This document shows, piece by piece, positions 41,074 through 50,094 of a DNA stretch of 64,000 nucleotides (the first letter of the stretch is position 1; every line of letters begins with the position of its first letter). The notes under the pieces are model-generated. The model saw only the letters and a program-made list of their open reading frames with translations. It had not been told where the DNA came from and did no database searches. This DNA is from Bdellovibrionota bacterium. Its GTDB lineage: Bacteria > Bdellovibrionota_C > UBA2361 > JAAYZI01. The position numbers and the translations under genes were made by a program. Where the stretch lies: contig JBMNIF010000003.1 of assembly GCA_050950765.1 (NCBI GenBank), forward strand, positions 644,980 to 708,979, read 5' to 3'.

Positions 41074-41859
41074 ATGAAAAAGACCAAAAAAAAGTGCTTT
41101 GCTCTTTTGGCAAGGCTGGCGTTTACCATCGTGTTTATCATCGTATTTGTCGGTGCGGCGCAATACTATCTGAAGGACCACTATCTGAAGGACTACCCCT
41201 TCATGAGAGAGTTCACTCCGTCGCGGTCTAATATGGCTAGCACCCCTAAATCAGCGGAAGCGCCTTGGAACTACAACTTCTGTTTCACTTACAATCCTGT
41301 CGTGGGGAAAAAGAACGACGTCAATCGTCGAAAATCTTCCCTGCGTGATGAGGATTCTTCTTCTAACTCGATCCCTATCGTTTTAGACAAAGAAGTGCCT
41401 GGTCACATCTTTATCGCCGTTAGAAGCGTTGATGGATTGAACTATTTCTTCCACGGTCTCTCCTATCTCGTTATCATCGGCGACGAAGGGGTCGATTCAA
41501 AGACTCTTCGTCACAAAGTTTCCTCCAACTGGAAACAGATCTGGACCGAAGATGGATTGCCAAAAGATTTTTCTCTTCCGAGAAATTTCTCTGCGCGGAG
41601 CATTGATGGGACGGAGGAATTCGTACTCAAAGAGCAGGAATCGCCTGAAGAGTGCCTCAAATTCGTCATTTGCGACTTGCCACCTTCGGATCCTACATCC
41701 GAAACGGCAACGCCTGAGCTCCCCTTTGATTGGCACGGGAAAAGGGGACTTCTCATTTACTCATTGGGAAAGAAGGGCGAAGCTGAGACGCTAGAGGTCT
41801 TTCGTGGTTTTTTCCCGACCGCTAACGGATCGATCCCAGAACAAACCACCACCCCGTAA
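41074..41859 (+). CDS. Putative membrane-anchored/secreted protein, paralog of 37586-38515
   Basis: RBS GAGGAG; N-terminal hydrophobic helix; shared VIIGDEGV, NW..IWTE, SLP.NFSAR, PTSET.T.ELPFD motifs. Confidence 0.75.
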   Translation: MKKTKKKCFALLARLAFTIVFIIVFVGAAQYYLKDHYLKDYPFMREFTPSRSNMASTPKSAEAPWNYNFCFTYNPVVGKKNDVNRRKSSLRDEDSSSNSIPIVLDKEVPGHIFIAVRSVDGLNYFFHGLSYLVIIGDEGVDSKTLRHKVSSNWKQIWTEDGLPKDFSLPRNFSARSIDGTEEFVLKEQESPEECLKFVICDLPPSDPTSETATPELPFDWHGKRGLLIYSLGKKGEAETLEVFRGFFPTANGSIPEQTTTP

Positions 41860-41971
41860 TACGCGCGTGACGCTTCTTGCGTGCCTTTGAACGACTAAGA
41901 AAGGTAGGTATCCCAAGATTTGATGAAGGTTACTCTTCTCAATGCTTTTGCTGATACCTATCTTCCTTTTT
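41822..41971 (+). other. Conserved 3' element with stem-loop, copy 2
   Basis: Stem 41901-41912/41953-41964. Confidence 0.7.
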
Positions 41972-42315
41972 ATAAGATATTTTTAAACTAAGTAATTTCT
42001 ATTCTTACCCTTTGGGGGGTATCGATTATTATCTCCTAAAAAAAGAACTTTCATCTTATAGGCAAAACTTTTTTGTGATTTACGTAACTATAACGTAGCA
42101 ATATTGTTATAACCAATTGGATTTTTTAAAAAATTAACGATAAAGCAGATCAACTCTACACCACCTTAGCATACGTATATGAGCAGGCTGGGATCAATAC
42201 CACCATTCAAGGACAAGTCCTCACCCTTTAGGGACAACTGAGCGGGCTGCAACTGAAAAAGCGAATCAGTTAGGTTTATACGAAGGTTAAAAGCACACCG
42301 TTACGGCTTTACGGT

Positions 42316-43188
42316 TTAGGAGTTCTTTTTGGAGCGTAAAAATGAGTCCTCTACTAACTTTATAATAAACAGCACTCCGTTAAAGGCAGATACATCTTCT
42401 TTTGCTGACAAGAGGTCGAGTTGAGAAATTAGATCGCTTTTTAAGGTATAAACCCCCTCCTCAAGATCCTTTTGTGATGCACCGTAAGTAGCTTTTTTAT
42501 TCCGTTTATCACTACTTAAGGGACGACCCTTTAACTCTCCATTACTATCAATAAAATCGTCAACTACCTGAAAATATTGACCAAGTTTATATCCAAAACT
42601 CTTACAAAGAAGAATTGTTTCAGAAGATTTCCCTGCAAAAATAGCTGCAAGCGCTGCCGCCGCCGCAAACAAACCGCCCGTCTTGCCTTTATACATTTCA
42701 AGGTAGTTCTCGCTACCGTTCATATCGAGTTGTTGACCGTTACACAGATCCATAAAAGCAGAGGCAAGTGTTTCTACCATTAATAAACGGCGTTCCTGCG
42801 GGAGATCGACCCTCGCAAGGTGCGTGAAGGGAAAAACCGATAAGACATCGCCGCAAAGTATCGCCGTAGCTTCATCAAAAGCACGGTGACAAGCAGGTCG
42901 CCCCCGTCTGACATCGTCATCATCCATAGCAGGTAAATCATCATGCACCAAAGACCCCGCATGAATATATTCAACAGAAACAGCAGCCGGAATAAACTTT
43001 TCCACATCCGAACCAAAATCATCGCATAAAAAAGCAGAAAAAAGGGGTCTAATCCTCTTTCCCCCTGGAAACATTACATATTTTATAGCATCAAGAAGTG
43101 GAGAAACAAAAAAAGTGCTCTCTATCTGTAACGCCAACTCACGTTCAATCATCTGAAGATACTTTTGAGCACTATCCTGTAACACCAC
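42316..43188 (-). CDS. ispA: Polyprenyl (geranyl/farnesyl) diphosphate synthase
   Basis: GGKRIRP, SLVHDDLPAMDDDDVRRGRP, GQQLD, FQVVDD. Confidence 0.9.
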   Translation of the reverse strand: MVLQDSAQKYLQMIERELALQIESTFFVSPLLDAIKYVMFPGGKRIRPLFSAFLCDDFGSDVEKFIPAAVSVEYIHAGSLVHDDLPAMDDDDVRRGRPACHRAFDEATAILCGDVLSVFPFTHLARVDLPQERRLLMVETLASAFMDLCNGQQLDMNGSENYLEMYKGKTGGLFAAAAALAAIFAGKSSETILLCKSFGYKLGQYFQVVDDFIDSNGELKGRPLSSDKRNKKATYGASQKDLEEGVYTLKSDLISQLDLLSAKEDVSAFNGVLFIIKLVEDSFLRSKKNS

Positions 43189-43242
43189 TCCCCCCTAATA
43201 ACCAACACAACAAAGAATAAAAATAAGGATTAAACACGTCGC

Positions 43243-44559
43243 CTAATACACCCCTCCATAAGAGGCACCCTCAGGCACACCTCCAAACATCAAAAGCGAC
43301 TCCCGCGCCTTCCCAACTAACGCCATGGAGCCAGCAACCACCAAATTTCCCCCCGCACTTAGCCCATCAAGTAGAGCTTCTTCATAACTTTCAAACACGC
43401 AATACTCTAAAACATCGTTTGTTTTTAAGTAGTCAGCTATACACTCCCCCTTTAAACTACGCTCTGAATTCACTTCGACTATATTCCATTTCACGATATA
43501 CGGCATAAGTAGATCAAGCATGGCTTGCCAGTTTTTATCTGCAAAAACACCGAAAACGATATTGGCTTTATCAATATATTCAGATTCGAGAAATGAAATA
43601 AGTGTTTTTACTCCAGCAGGATTATGCGCCGAATCCAGAATCGCTAAAGAATCCCCCATAACGATTTTTTCCAATCTACACGGTACCTTACACGATTCAA
43701 TAGCAAAAGAACACTCATCTACATTGGCACCTAAAGAAAGCGCCACAGCAGCCGCAACAGACATATTATGCGCTTGATGTTCCCCTTTTAAGGAAGGATT
43801 AAAGGTCATTTCACGATTAGAAGAATCAAAAAAGTGCACCTGACCAGTTGCACCACGCTCATAATTAAAATCCACACCTAAACAAGCAACACTAGCATTC
43901 CGCTTATCTGCAACAGCAAGAATGGCATCTCTAGCCTCCTGATCCATAGCACCTAAAACCACACGTTGCCCATTTTTAATAATAGCAGCCTTTTCTTTAG
44001 CGATTTTCTCTAAAGAATCGCCAAGAATCGCTTCATGGTCATAATCAATCGTCACGATTACTGACGCTTTCGGAGCTTTTAGAGTATTTGAAGCATCTAA
44101 ACGCCCTCCTAAGCCAACTTCAACGACGATCCATTCCAAATTCTTACAAGCAACAAATGATGCCGCTGTTATCACCTCATGCTTTGAAAGGTTTACTCCA
44201 AGCGCATCAGCCCCATCTCTTACCTTTAAGATACACTCGGAAAGGTAGATATCGCCGATATCATGTCCATTTATTTTTATTCTTTCGTTAACTCTATTAA
44301 GGTGCGGAGAGGTTAATAAACCAACGGTGAAGCCAGAAAAATGTAGAATTTGGGCGACTGCTGTTGCAACCGACCCTTTTCCATTAGTACCTGCAATATG
44401 CACAGAGTATGGAATATCTTGAGGATTCCCCAAATACGCTAACACCCTTGAAATATTATCTAGATCAAAGCGCCCTACTCCGCTCCAATTCGGCAATCCT
44501 TCTAAATATGCCACCCCATCCAGATCCTCTAACGGGGATTCAGATAAATTTTCCATCAA
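43243..44559 (-). CDS. folC: Folylpolyglutamate/dihydrofolate synthase
   Basis: HIAGTNGKGS, TSPHL, EVGLGGRLD.SN, DSAHNP. Confidence 0.95.
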   Translation of the reverse strand: MMENLSESPLEDLDGVAYLEGLPNWSGVGRFDLDNISRVLAYLGNPQDIPYSVHIAGTNGKGSVATAVAQILHFSGFTVGLLTSPHLNRVNERIKINGHDIGDIYLSECILKVRDGADALGVNLSKHEVITAASFVACKNLEWIVVEVGLGGRLDASNTLKAPKASVIVTIDYDHEAILGDSLEKIAKEKAAIIKNGQRVVLGAMDQEARDAILAVADKRNASVACLGVDFNYERGATGQVHFFDSSNREMTFNPSLKGEHQAHNMSVAAAVALSLGANVDECSFAIESCKVPCRLEKIVMGDSLAILDSAHNPAGVKTLISFLESEYIDKANIVFGVFADKNWQAMLDLLMPYIVKWNIVEVNSERSLKGECIADYLKTNDVLEYCVFESYEEALLDGLSAGGNLVVAGSMALVGKARESLLMFGGVPEGASYGGVY

Positions 44560-44595
44560 AATTTACTCCCAATTCACGAGAGTGATTACTTCAGG

Positions 44596-44616
44596 GGTGT
44601 CCCACGGTGGGACACC
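44596..44616. promoter_or_regulatory. Putative parS-like centromere site 1
   Basis: GGTGTCCCAC-G-GTGGGACACC perfect inverted repeat just downstream of parB. Confidence 0.75.
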
Positions 44617-44649
44617 AACGTACCATCACAGCAATTTCAACAAAAAACA

Positions 44650-45516
44650 CTAAGAAACAAGCTTTCTAAACAGCTCTTGCAGATCTTCCTCAGAATAGAA
44701 GTCAATCACCAACTTTCCAGACTCGGAATTATTTGACGGACGAGATAACTTTACCTTTAAACCAAGAGATCGTTGTATCTCATCAGCGATTCGCGCATCT
44801 TCAGGATTACAAACCACCTCTTTTTTAACTTTTTTCAACGATTGCGGCTTTCTTCCCACAATCTGCTTCGCAATATCAGCCCTCGTCAGTTGATCTAACG
44901 ATTCTAAATACTCCGCCCGCTCCTCTTCATCCTCAATTTTAGCTAAAAGCAGAATTTTTGATTCAGATGCACCGTTTCTCAAGGCATTTAAGAGGTCATC
45001 CGGCAGCTCTAACAGGTCTAAGCTCCTCTGAACCATACTTTTTGAGATACCGAGACTATCCGCCACTTCACGAATACTCATGGCGTGCGCTTCCTTAAGC
45101 ACACTGATAGCATTGGCACGTTCAAGAGGCGTTAGATCGCTACGTTGTAAATTTTCGACCAACTGAATACTTAAGATCCTCGCATCATCGGAATCTTCCT
45201 CTTGGTCAATAATAGCCGGTATCGTAACCAATCCAGCTAATTTTGCTGCCCGCACCCGTCGTTCTCCAGCAACTAAGAGATAACGACCAGCTATTTTGGC
45301 AGGTTTTACCAAAATAGGGCTTAAAACCCCGTATTTTTCAATCGATGCAGCCAACTCTTGTAGCTTTTCATCATCAAAAATAACTCGCGGCTGATTAACA
45401 TCTCTTTCTATCGCTGCAAGCGGAATCTCTCGATACGGAATACCGCTTTTTTCTCTCTCCGCTAAGGCTGGACCACCTAATAATGGATTATTTTGGAAAA
45501 CAAATTTTTTAGCCAT
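44650..45516 (-). CDS. parB: ParB/Spo0J partition protein
   Basis: QPR..FD...LQELA.SI..YGVLSPILV, VAGERRVRAA (GxxRxxA), ENLQR.DL, HTH. Confidence 0.95.
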   Translation of the reverse strand: MAKKFVFQNNPLLGGPALAEREKSGIPYREIPLAAIERDVNQPRVIFDDEKLQELAASIEKYGVLSPILVKPAKIAGRYLLVAGERRVRAAKLAGLVTIPAIIDQEEDSDDARILSIQLVENLQRSDLTPLERANAISVLKEAHAMSIREVADSLGISKSMVQRSLDLLELPDDLLNALRNGASESKILLLAKIEDEEERAEYLESLDQLTRADIAKQIVGRKPQSLKKVKKEVVCNPEDARIADEIQRSLGLKVKLSRPSNNSESGKLVIDFYSEEDLQELFRKLVS

Positions 45517-45667
45517 TCTACCTCACAATAAAAAACAGAGCAGCTTATTATAACACCCCTTACAAACCTCTGCGCTACATATCTTAAACCTTAAAAGAAA
45601 GCCACATTTGAAAAGCAACAAACTAACGTGAATTGTTATAAATTTCAGAACTCCAAGCTCTCTCTTA

Positions 45668-45691
45668 TATACTATTATATATAATAGTATA
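45668..45691. promoter_or_regulatory. Perfect 24-bp AT-rich palindrome between parA and parB
   Basis: TATACTATTATA|TATAATAGTATA. Confidence 0.5.
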
Positions 45692-45709
45692 AAATTGCCC
45701 CTACTTGGA

Positions 45710-45730
45710 GGTGTCCCACCGTGGGACACC
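45710..45730. promoter_or_regulatory. Putative parS-like centromere site 2
   Basis: GGTGTCCCAC-C-GTGGGACACC immediately after the parA stop; reverse complement of site 1. Confidence 0.75.
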
Positions 45731-45731
45731 C

Positions 45732-46541
45732 CTACTCCTCATCACCTGCATTAGCGCTTGTGCCAAGAATTTCACTTACTAAAGCACGATAGTCTTCAGC
45801 ACCTGAAGATTTCGGAGCGTATTCAAAAACGGTCTGTCCCGAAGCAGGGGCTTCCGCTAAAGAGACATTACTTCTAATTACAGTATCATAGACCAACTCC
45901 CCAAAGTAAGCTCTGATAGTATCTGCCACAGCACGCGCCAAACGTCTCCTATTATCGTGAAGGCAGATAAGTACACCACCAACAGCCAAAGAGGGATTAT
46001 AAATACTGCGCACTTGGTCGATAGTATCGAGAAGCTGCCTAACGCCGTGCAGCGCTAAGTACTCACTTTGCACGGGAATAATTACATTATCCACCGCTGC
46101 CAGAACATTTAAAGTTAAAAGTCCGAGAGCAGGTGGGCAATCTACAACCACGTAATCAAAATCGTCTTTAATCGGTGCTAAAGCCCTTTTTAAGATCAAT
46201 TCACGACCTACCACACCACCAAATTCAAGATCTGAAGCGCTCAATAAGAGACTAGCAGGTGCCACAAAAAGATTTTCGGAACGGGGAATAATAATGTCTT
46301 TAATCTCTTTTGTACCTTTAAAGACATCATAGATAGTTTGTTGCGGTTCCGGAATGTCTGTAACGCTTTCATCATCTTCTCTTCCAGCTAAACCGAGATG
46401 CGTAGTAAGGTTACTTTGAGCATCAACATCAATCAGTAAAACTTTTTTTCCTCGTTCAGCAAGACCCGCACCTATATTAACTGAGGTTGTTGTTTTACCA
46501 ACACCTCCCTTTTGATTTAAAACACCAATGAGCTTTTCCAC
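45732..46541 (-). CDS. parA: ParA/Soj ATPase
   Basis: NQKGGVGKTT, DVDAQSN, DCPPALG, PVQSEY.AL.G. Confidence 0.96.
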   Translation of the reverse strand: MEKLIGVLNQKGGVGKTTTSVNIGAGLAERGKKVLLIDVDAQSNLTTHLGLAGREDDESVTDIPEPQQTIYDVFKGTKEIKDIIIPRSENLFVAPASLLLSASDLEFGGVVGRELILKRALAPIKDDFDYVVVDCPPALGLLTLNVLAAVDNVIIPVQSEYLALHGVRQLLDTIDQVRSIYNPSLAVGGVLICLHDNRRRLARAVADTIRAYFGELVYDTVIRSNVSLAEAPASGQTVFEYAPKSSGAEDYRALVSEILGTSANAGDEE

Positions 46542-46926
46542 TGCAATTCCTCAAAATATATCTAAATAATACAGCTTTTCGAAGCAAAACTCCCGTTCCA
46601 TACTAGCCGAGAGCTCTTAAAATAACCACAAAAAAACGCCAAAACAGTATAAAATATCGTGCTTTGATGTAACATAATTTATCAAAATAAGCATTCAAAA
46701 AACGGAGCTTTTTTAATTTTCAAAATACTTAAAAAAAGAGAAGTTAACATCTAATATGCTAATATTATTAAGCATAATAAACAGCACACTAAGACACCTC
46801 TCGTGTATTGAAATAAAAAAGATCTGATTTTTACTCAAAAGCAACTTAAAAAAACTTATTTCACTGCACGATTCTAAATTTAATTCAGATCACTATATAA
46901 TATTTTAATAAAAAGCTACCCTTTTT

Positions 46927-47094
46927 ATCGTGTACTGAAGTAAGATCGTGTCTTGAGATAACCTTTAATCGTGTTTCAGGTTAAGAACGATCGTGCATTC
47001 AACCTAAAACATATGTGCTTTGAGATAAGAACTCTCGTGCATCCATTAAAGGACTATCGTGTTTCTGATTAAAATTTATCGTGTTTTAAAATAA
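46927..47094 (+). repeat. Iteron array (8 copies, consensus ATCGTGY-N7-TAA, mostly 22-bp period)
   Basis: Units at 46927, 46945, 46968, 46990, 47012, 47034, 47056, 47078; outlying copies near 46656 and 46800; an inverted copy near 46856-46872. Confidence 0.85.
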
Positions 47095-47233
47095 ATATTG
47101 GTGGCTAACTCATTTTAATTAAAGTTAAAATTTGTCGCTCACTTAATACAAGTAACTTAAATAAACATTGTATAACTAACTTAAAGTAAGTATGTTTCTA
47201 TCTTGTAAAGAAAAAGATAATCGGTTTTAGCTT

Positions 47234-48739
47234 ATGAAAGACCAAACAAATCAAATTTCAATCGTTCCAACTAAGAAAACCATTTCGCGTGATGAAATGA
47301 ACTTAGCAGAGTTTCCTCTAACGGTTCTTTCTACACGTTCAAATCCTAATGCTAAAACGTTAGAGTTTCAGGATACCTTATTCGATCAAAATAAACATCC
47401 GATTCACAGAAAATGGGTTATAACTGGTGCAGATAAGTTCGGACTTCCAACGGCATCAGATGATGAAGTTCTTTTAGGGTTAATGAAGTTAACGGTTGAT
47501 GATACTTTTAACGATCGCAAAGTCTTTTTCACACGGTATGAACTTTTAAAAACTCTTAGATGGACGACGGAGGGGCGTAGTTATACGCGATTACAAAACG
47601 CTTTGGATCGCTTAAGTGGTGTCAGAATAAAAGCTACAAACGCTTTTTATGATAACGAATCCAAAGCGTACAGTACAAAGAACTTCGGTATCATAGATAG
47701 TTACGAAATTAACGACGGCAGAGGAGCAGGGATTAAACCTAGTTTCTTCATATGGAGTGAAGAGATCTTTAAATCGTTTCAAGTTGGTTTTATCAAAAAA
47801 CTTGATCTTGATTTCTACCTTGATCTGCAAAGTGCCGTTTCAAAGAGGCTCTATCGGTATCTTGATAAGCACTTTTGGTATAAGTCTATGATACGCAGCA
47901 ACCTTTTCACATTAGCGCATGAGAAGATCGGAGTCTCTAGGAATTACAAATACGCCAGTCTAATCAGACAACAGTTAGATCCTGCCATAGAAGAGTTAAT
48001 CAATTGCGGTTTCTTATCGCACTGCGAATATGAAGGGAAAGGAAAAAATACAGAGGTTGTATTATACTCGGCGAAAGGGGCACGTCGTACATTAGGGCAA
48101 GATCGAGAGAGCGCCTCGGAAAAAGATTCTACTTCAGATCTTAACACCTCTTCAGAGTCTTTAAGTGTTGCTGAAAATGGGGTGAATTGTGGTGCATCGA
48201 TCGATGAATTAGTAGAGAAGTTGGTAAGGCGTGGTTTAAAAACGCGACAAGCTGAGACTTTATTATCAAAAAAGAGCGCAGAAGATAGAGATCATATCGG
48301 AAAAATCATCGATTATTTTGATAAGTTAGTTTCGGAACAGAGTCGCTTAGTTAGTAAAAGTCCTGTCGGATTCCTCTATAAAGCCATCGAAAACAGCGAT
48401 ATCTTTGTGCTTCCTTCTGATGAAAAAACAAAGAAAAAAATTATTGAAAAGAAAAAAAAGAAACAGGCTAAACTTGCCGCTGATAATTTAGCAGCACGGC
48501 AACTTTTAGAAAAAAAATATCAGGAGAATCGTACTGCTGAATTGCGCAGAATTAAAAAGGAGATCGAACCTGCTATTTTAAACAACATAAAAGAGACGAT
48601 AGAGAGTAGCCTCGCTCGTATTAAAGGAATGATTTCAGATAAGCATTTCAGTGAAGCGGTAGAACACGGAGTAGAGCAGAAGTTGGCTGAAACTTTTGCC
48701 TTCCCAAGTTTTGAAGAGTGGCTAGCAGAACAGAAATAG
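47234..48739 (+). CDS. Plasmid-type replication initiator protein (RepA/RPA-like)
   Basis: N-terminal DEMNLAEFP, GLPTA.D.EV, FTRYELL..L.W...G..Y.RL..AL.RL, RLYRYLDK motifs recalled from RPA-family initiators; divergent from parAB across the iterons. Confidence 0.82.
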   Translation: MKDQTNQISIVPTKKTISRDEMNLAEFPLTVLSTRSNPNAKTLEFQDTLFDQNKHPIHRKWVITGADKFGLPTASDDEVLLGLMKLTVDDTFNDRKVFFTRYELLKTLRWTTEGRSYTRLQNALDRLSGVRIKATNAFYDNESKAYSTKNFGIIDSYEINDGRGAGIKPSFFIWSEEIFKSFQVGFIKKLDLDFYLDLQSAVSKRLYRYLDKHFWYKSMIRSNLFTLAHEKIGVSRNYKYASLIRQQLDPAIEELINCGFLSHCEYEGKGKNTEVVLYSAKGARRTLGQDRESASEKDSTSDLNTSSESLSVAENGVNCGASIDELVEKLVRRGLKTRQAETLLSKKSAEDRDHIGKIIDYFDKLVSEQSRLVSKSPVGFLYKAIENSDIFVLPSDEKTKKKIIEKKKKKQAKLAADNLAARQLLEKKYQENRTAELRRIKKEIEPAILNNIKETIESSLARIKGMISDKHFSEAVEHGVEQKLAETFAFPSFEEWLAEQK

Positions 48740-48742
48740 AAT

Positions 48743-48870
48743 TTTTTACCTTCGTAGAGACCTAGCTAATTCGGTTTGTAGTATTACCCCGTTCCACCGT
48801 CCTTAGTGGGTGCAGCACTTTTTACCTCCGTAAACATCTAGCTAATTCGTTCTGTAATTATACCCCGTCC
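48743..48870. repeat. Degenerate direct repeat pair immediately after rep
   Basis: TTTTTACCT.CGTA.A.A.CTAGCTAATTCG.T.TGTA.T twice, ~76 bp apart. Confidence 0.7.
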
Positions 48871-49002
48871 AATCATCCCCAAAAGTGTCAGAAAAGCAAC
48901 AGTAAAACTTTTATCTGTTGTTGTAACATCTTGATAATAATAGATAAATATCTGCAACTACTGGCATGGTGTGTGCAAAAACAATCTACATGGAGAAAGT
49001 CT

Positions 49003-49929
49003 ATGAAGATTGATTTTGATGCATCATATAAAGAGCTTGCTCGGCTGGTTAGTGTATCTGCTAGGGGGGATGCCATACATGAAAAAGGGGATTCTCCTTT
49101 TGGAAAATTGTTGAGTAGTATCTCTCCTGACGCTCCAAAAACCGTTGAAAAAACAACGGTTTCTACTGATTTACCTGTTGATTTACAGGAAGATATCCTC
49201 AATACCCTTTTAATGGAAGAAGATACTTCTGAGCCTTTAGCTAGCCTAAAATTACCGACACCGGAACAACTTTTTTCAACACCTGAACCTGTCTCGGTTC
49301 CGTTTGATCCTGCGGAAGAGAACGCCAAAAAATTGTCAGTAGTAGAGGTGCGTCGAATTAGGTCAAACGAGCAACTGGCTCGGATGCGGACACAGGATAG
49401 GATGACGGCTTTACAACCTATGATCGAGCACGCTGGAACCAGTCAAGGAGTAGATCCAGCTTTAGGGATGTCTATCGCTTCAATTGAGTCCGCTTTTAAT
49501 CCGTTAGCTGTTAGTAGAGATGGTCACAATAGTAAGGGTGTATTCCAGCTCCTTGATGAAACGGGGCTCGATATGAAAAAACGGTTAGCTGTAAAAGAAG
49601 CTTATGATCCCTTTAATGCAGAGCAGAACGTTAAGTTCGGCATAGCTTATCTCCGTTATCTACACGATATCTTCAGTACATCAACCCCCCTGTCTAATAA
49701 CCTTGTAACAGTACCAGCTGCAAATTCTGCCTCATTGGAAAAACTTGCCGTAGCTGCATTTAATGCAGGAGAGGGTAGGGTGGCGGCAGCCCAGAAACGT
49801 GCCACGCGTGCCGGATATGACCCTGCCGAATATCTCCAAGTCGAAGGATATCTACCTGAAAGCACTCAAGAATATGTAAGGCGTGTGATGGCTTCAAAGT
49901 TCAATTTCGGAAGTATTTTTGAAGGCTAA
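49003..49929 (+). CDS. Soluble lytic transglycosylase (SLT-domain) protein
   Basis: SIESAFNPLAVS, KGVFQL, N.KFGIAYL, AAFNAGEG, TQEYV.RV; ORF track begins at 48931. Confidence 0.85.
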   Translation: MKIDFDASYKELARLVSVSARGDAIHEKGDSPFGKLLSSISPDAPKTVEKTTVSTDLPVDLQEDILNTLLMEEDTSEPLASLKLPTPEQLFSTPEPVSVPFDPAEENAKKLSVVEVRRIRSNEQLARMRTQDRMTALQPMIEHAGTSQGVDPALGMSIASIESAFNPLAVSRDGHNSKGVFQLLDETGLDMKKRLAVKEAYDPFNAEQNVKFGIAYLRYLHDIFSTSTPLSNNLVTVPAANSASLEKLAVAAFNAGEGRVAAAQKRATRAGYDPAEYLQVEGYLPESTQEYVRRVMASKFNFGSIFEG

Positions 49930-50094
49930 AAAAATAAAAAAAATGTAAAAAAAAGCTAAAGTTTTTTTAGGCACGCCCTTTGCAGTAGGTGATTCAGAGA
50001 GTGGATTTGCGGATCTTCTTAGTAGTTGGGTAGCTAAGTGAAGTCGTCCGCATGAAAAAGTAAGGATTTATTTTGACGCCATGGAGAGAGGGCA

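Noticed and set aside
46541..47233. Classical DnaA-dependent oriC
   Set aside because: No perfect TTATCCACA-type boxes seen, only 2-mismatch look-alikes; no dnaA/dnaN/gidA nearby.
44650..48739. Integrated plasmid/ICE or prophage
   Set aside because: No integrase, relaxase, phage genes or att repeats, and the flanks are core genes; not strictly excluded without relatives.
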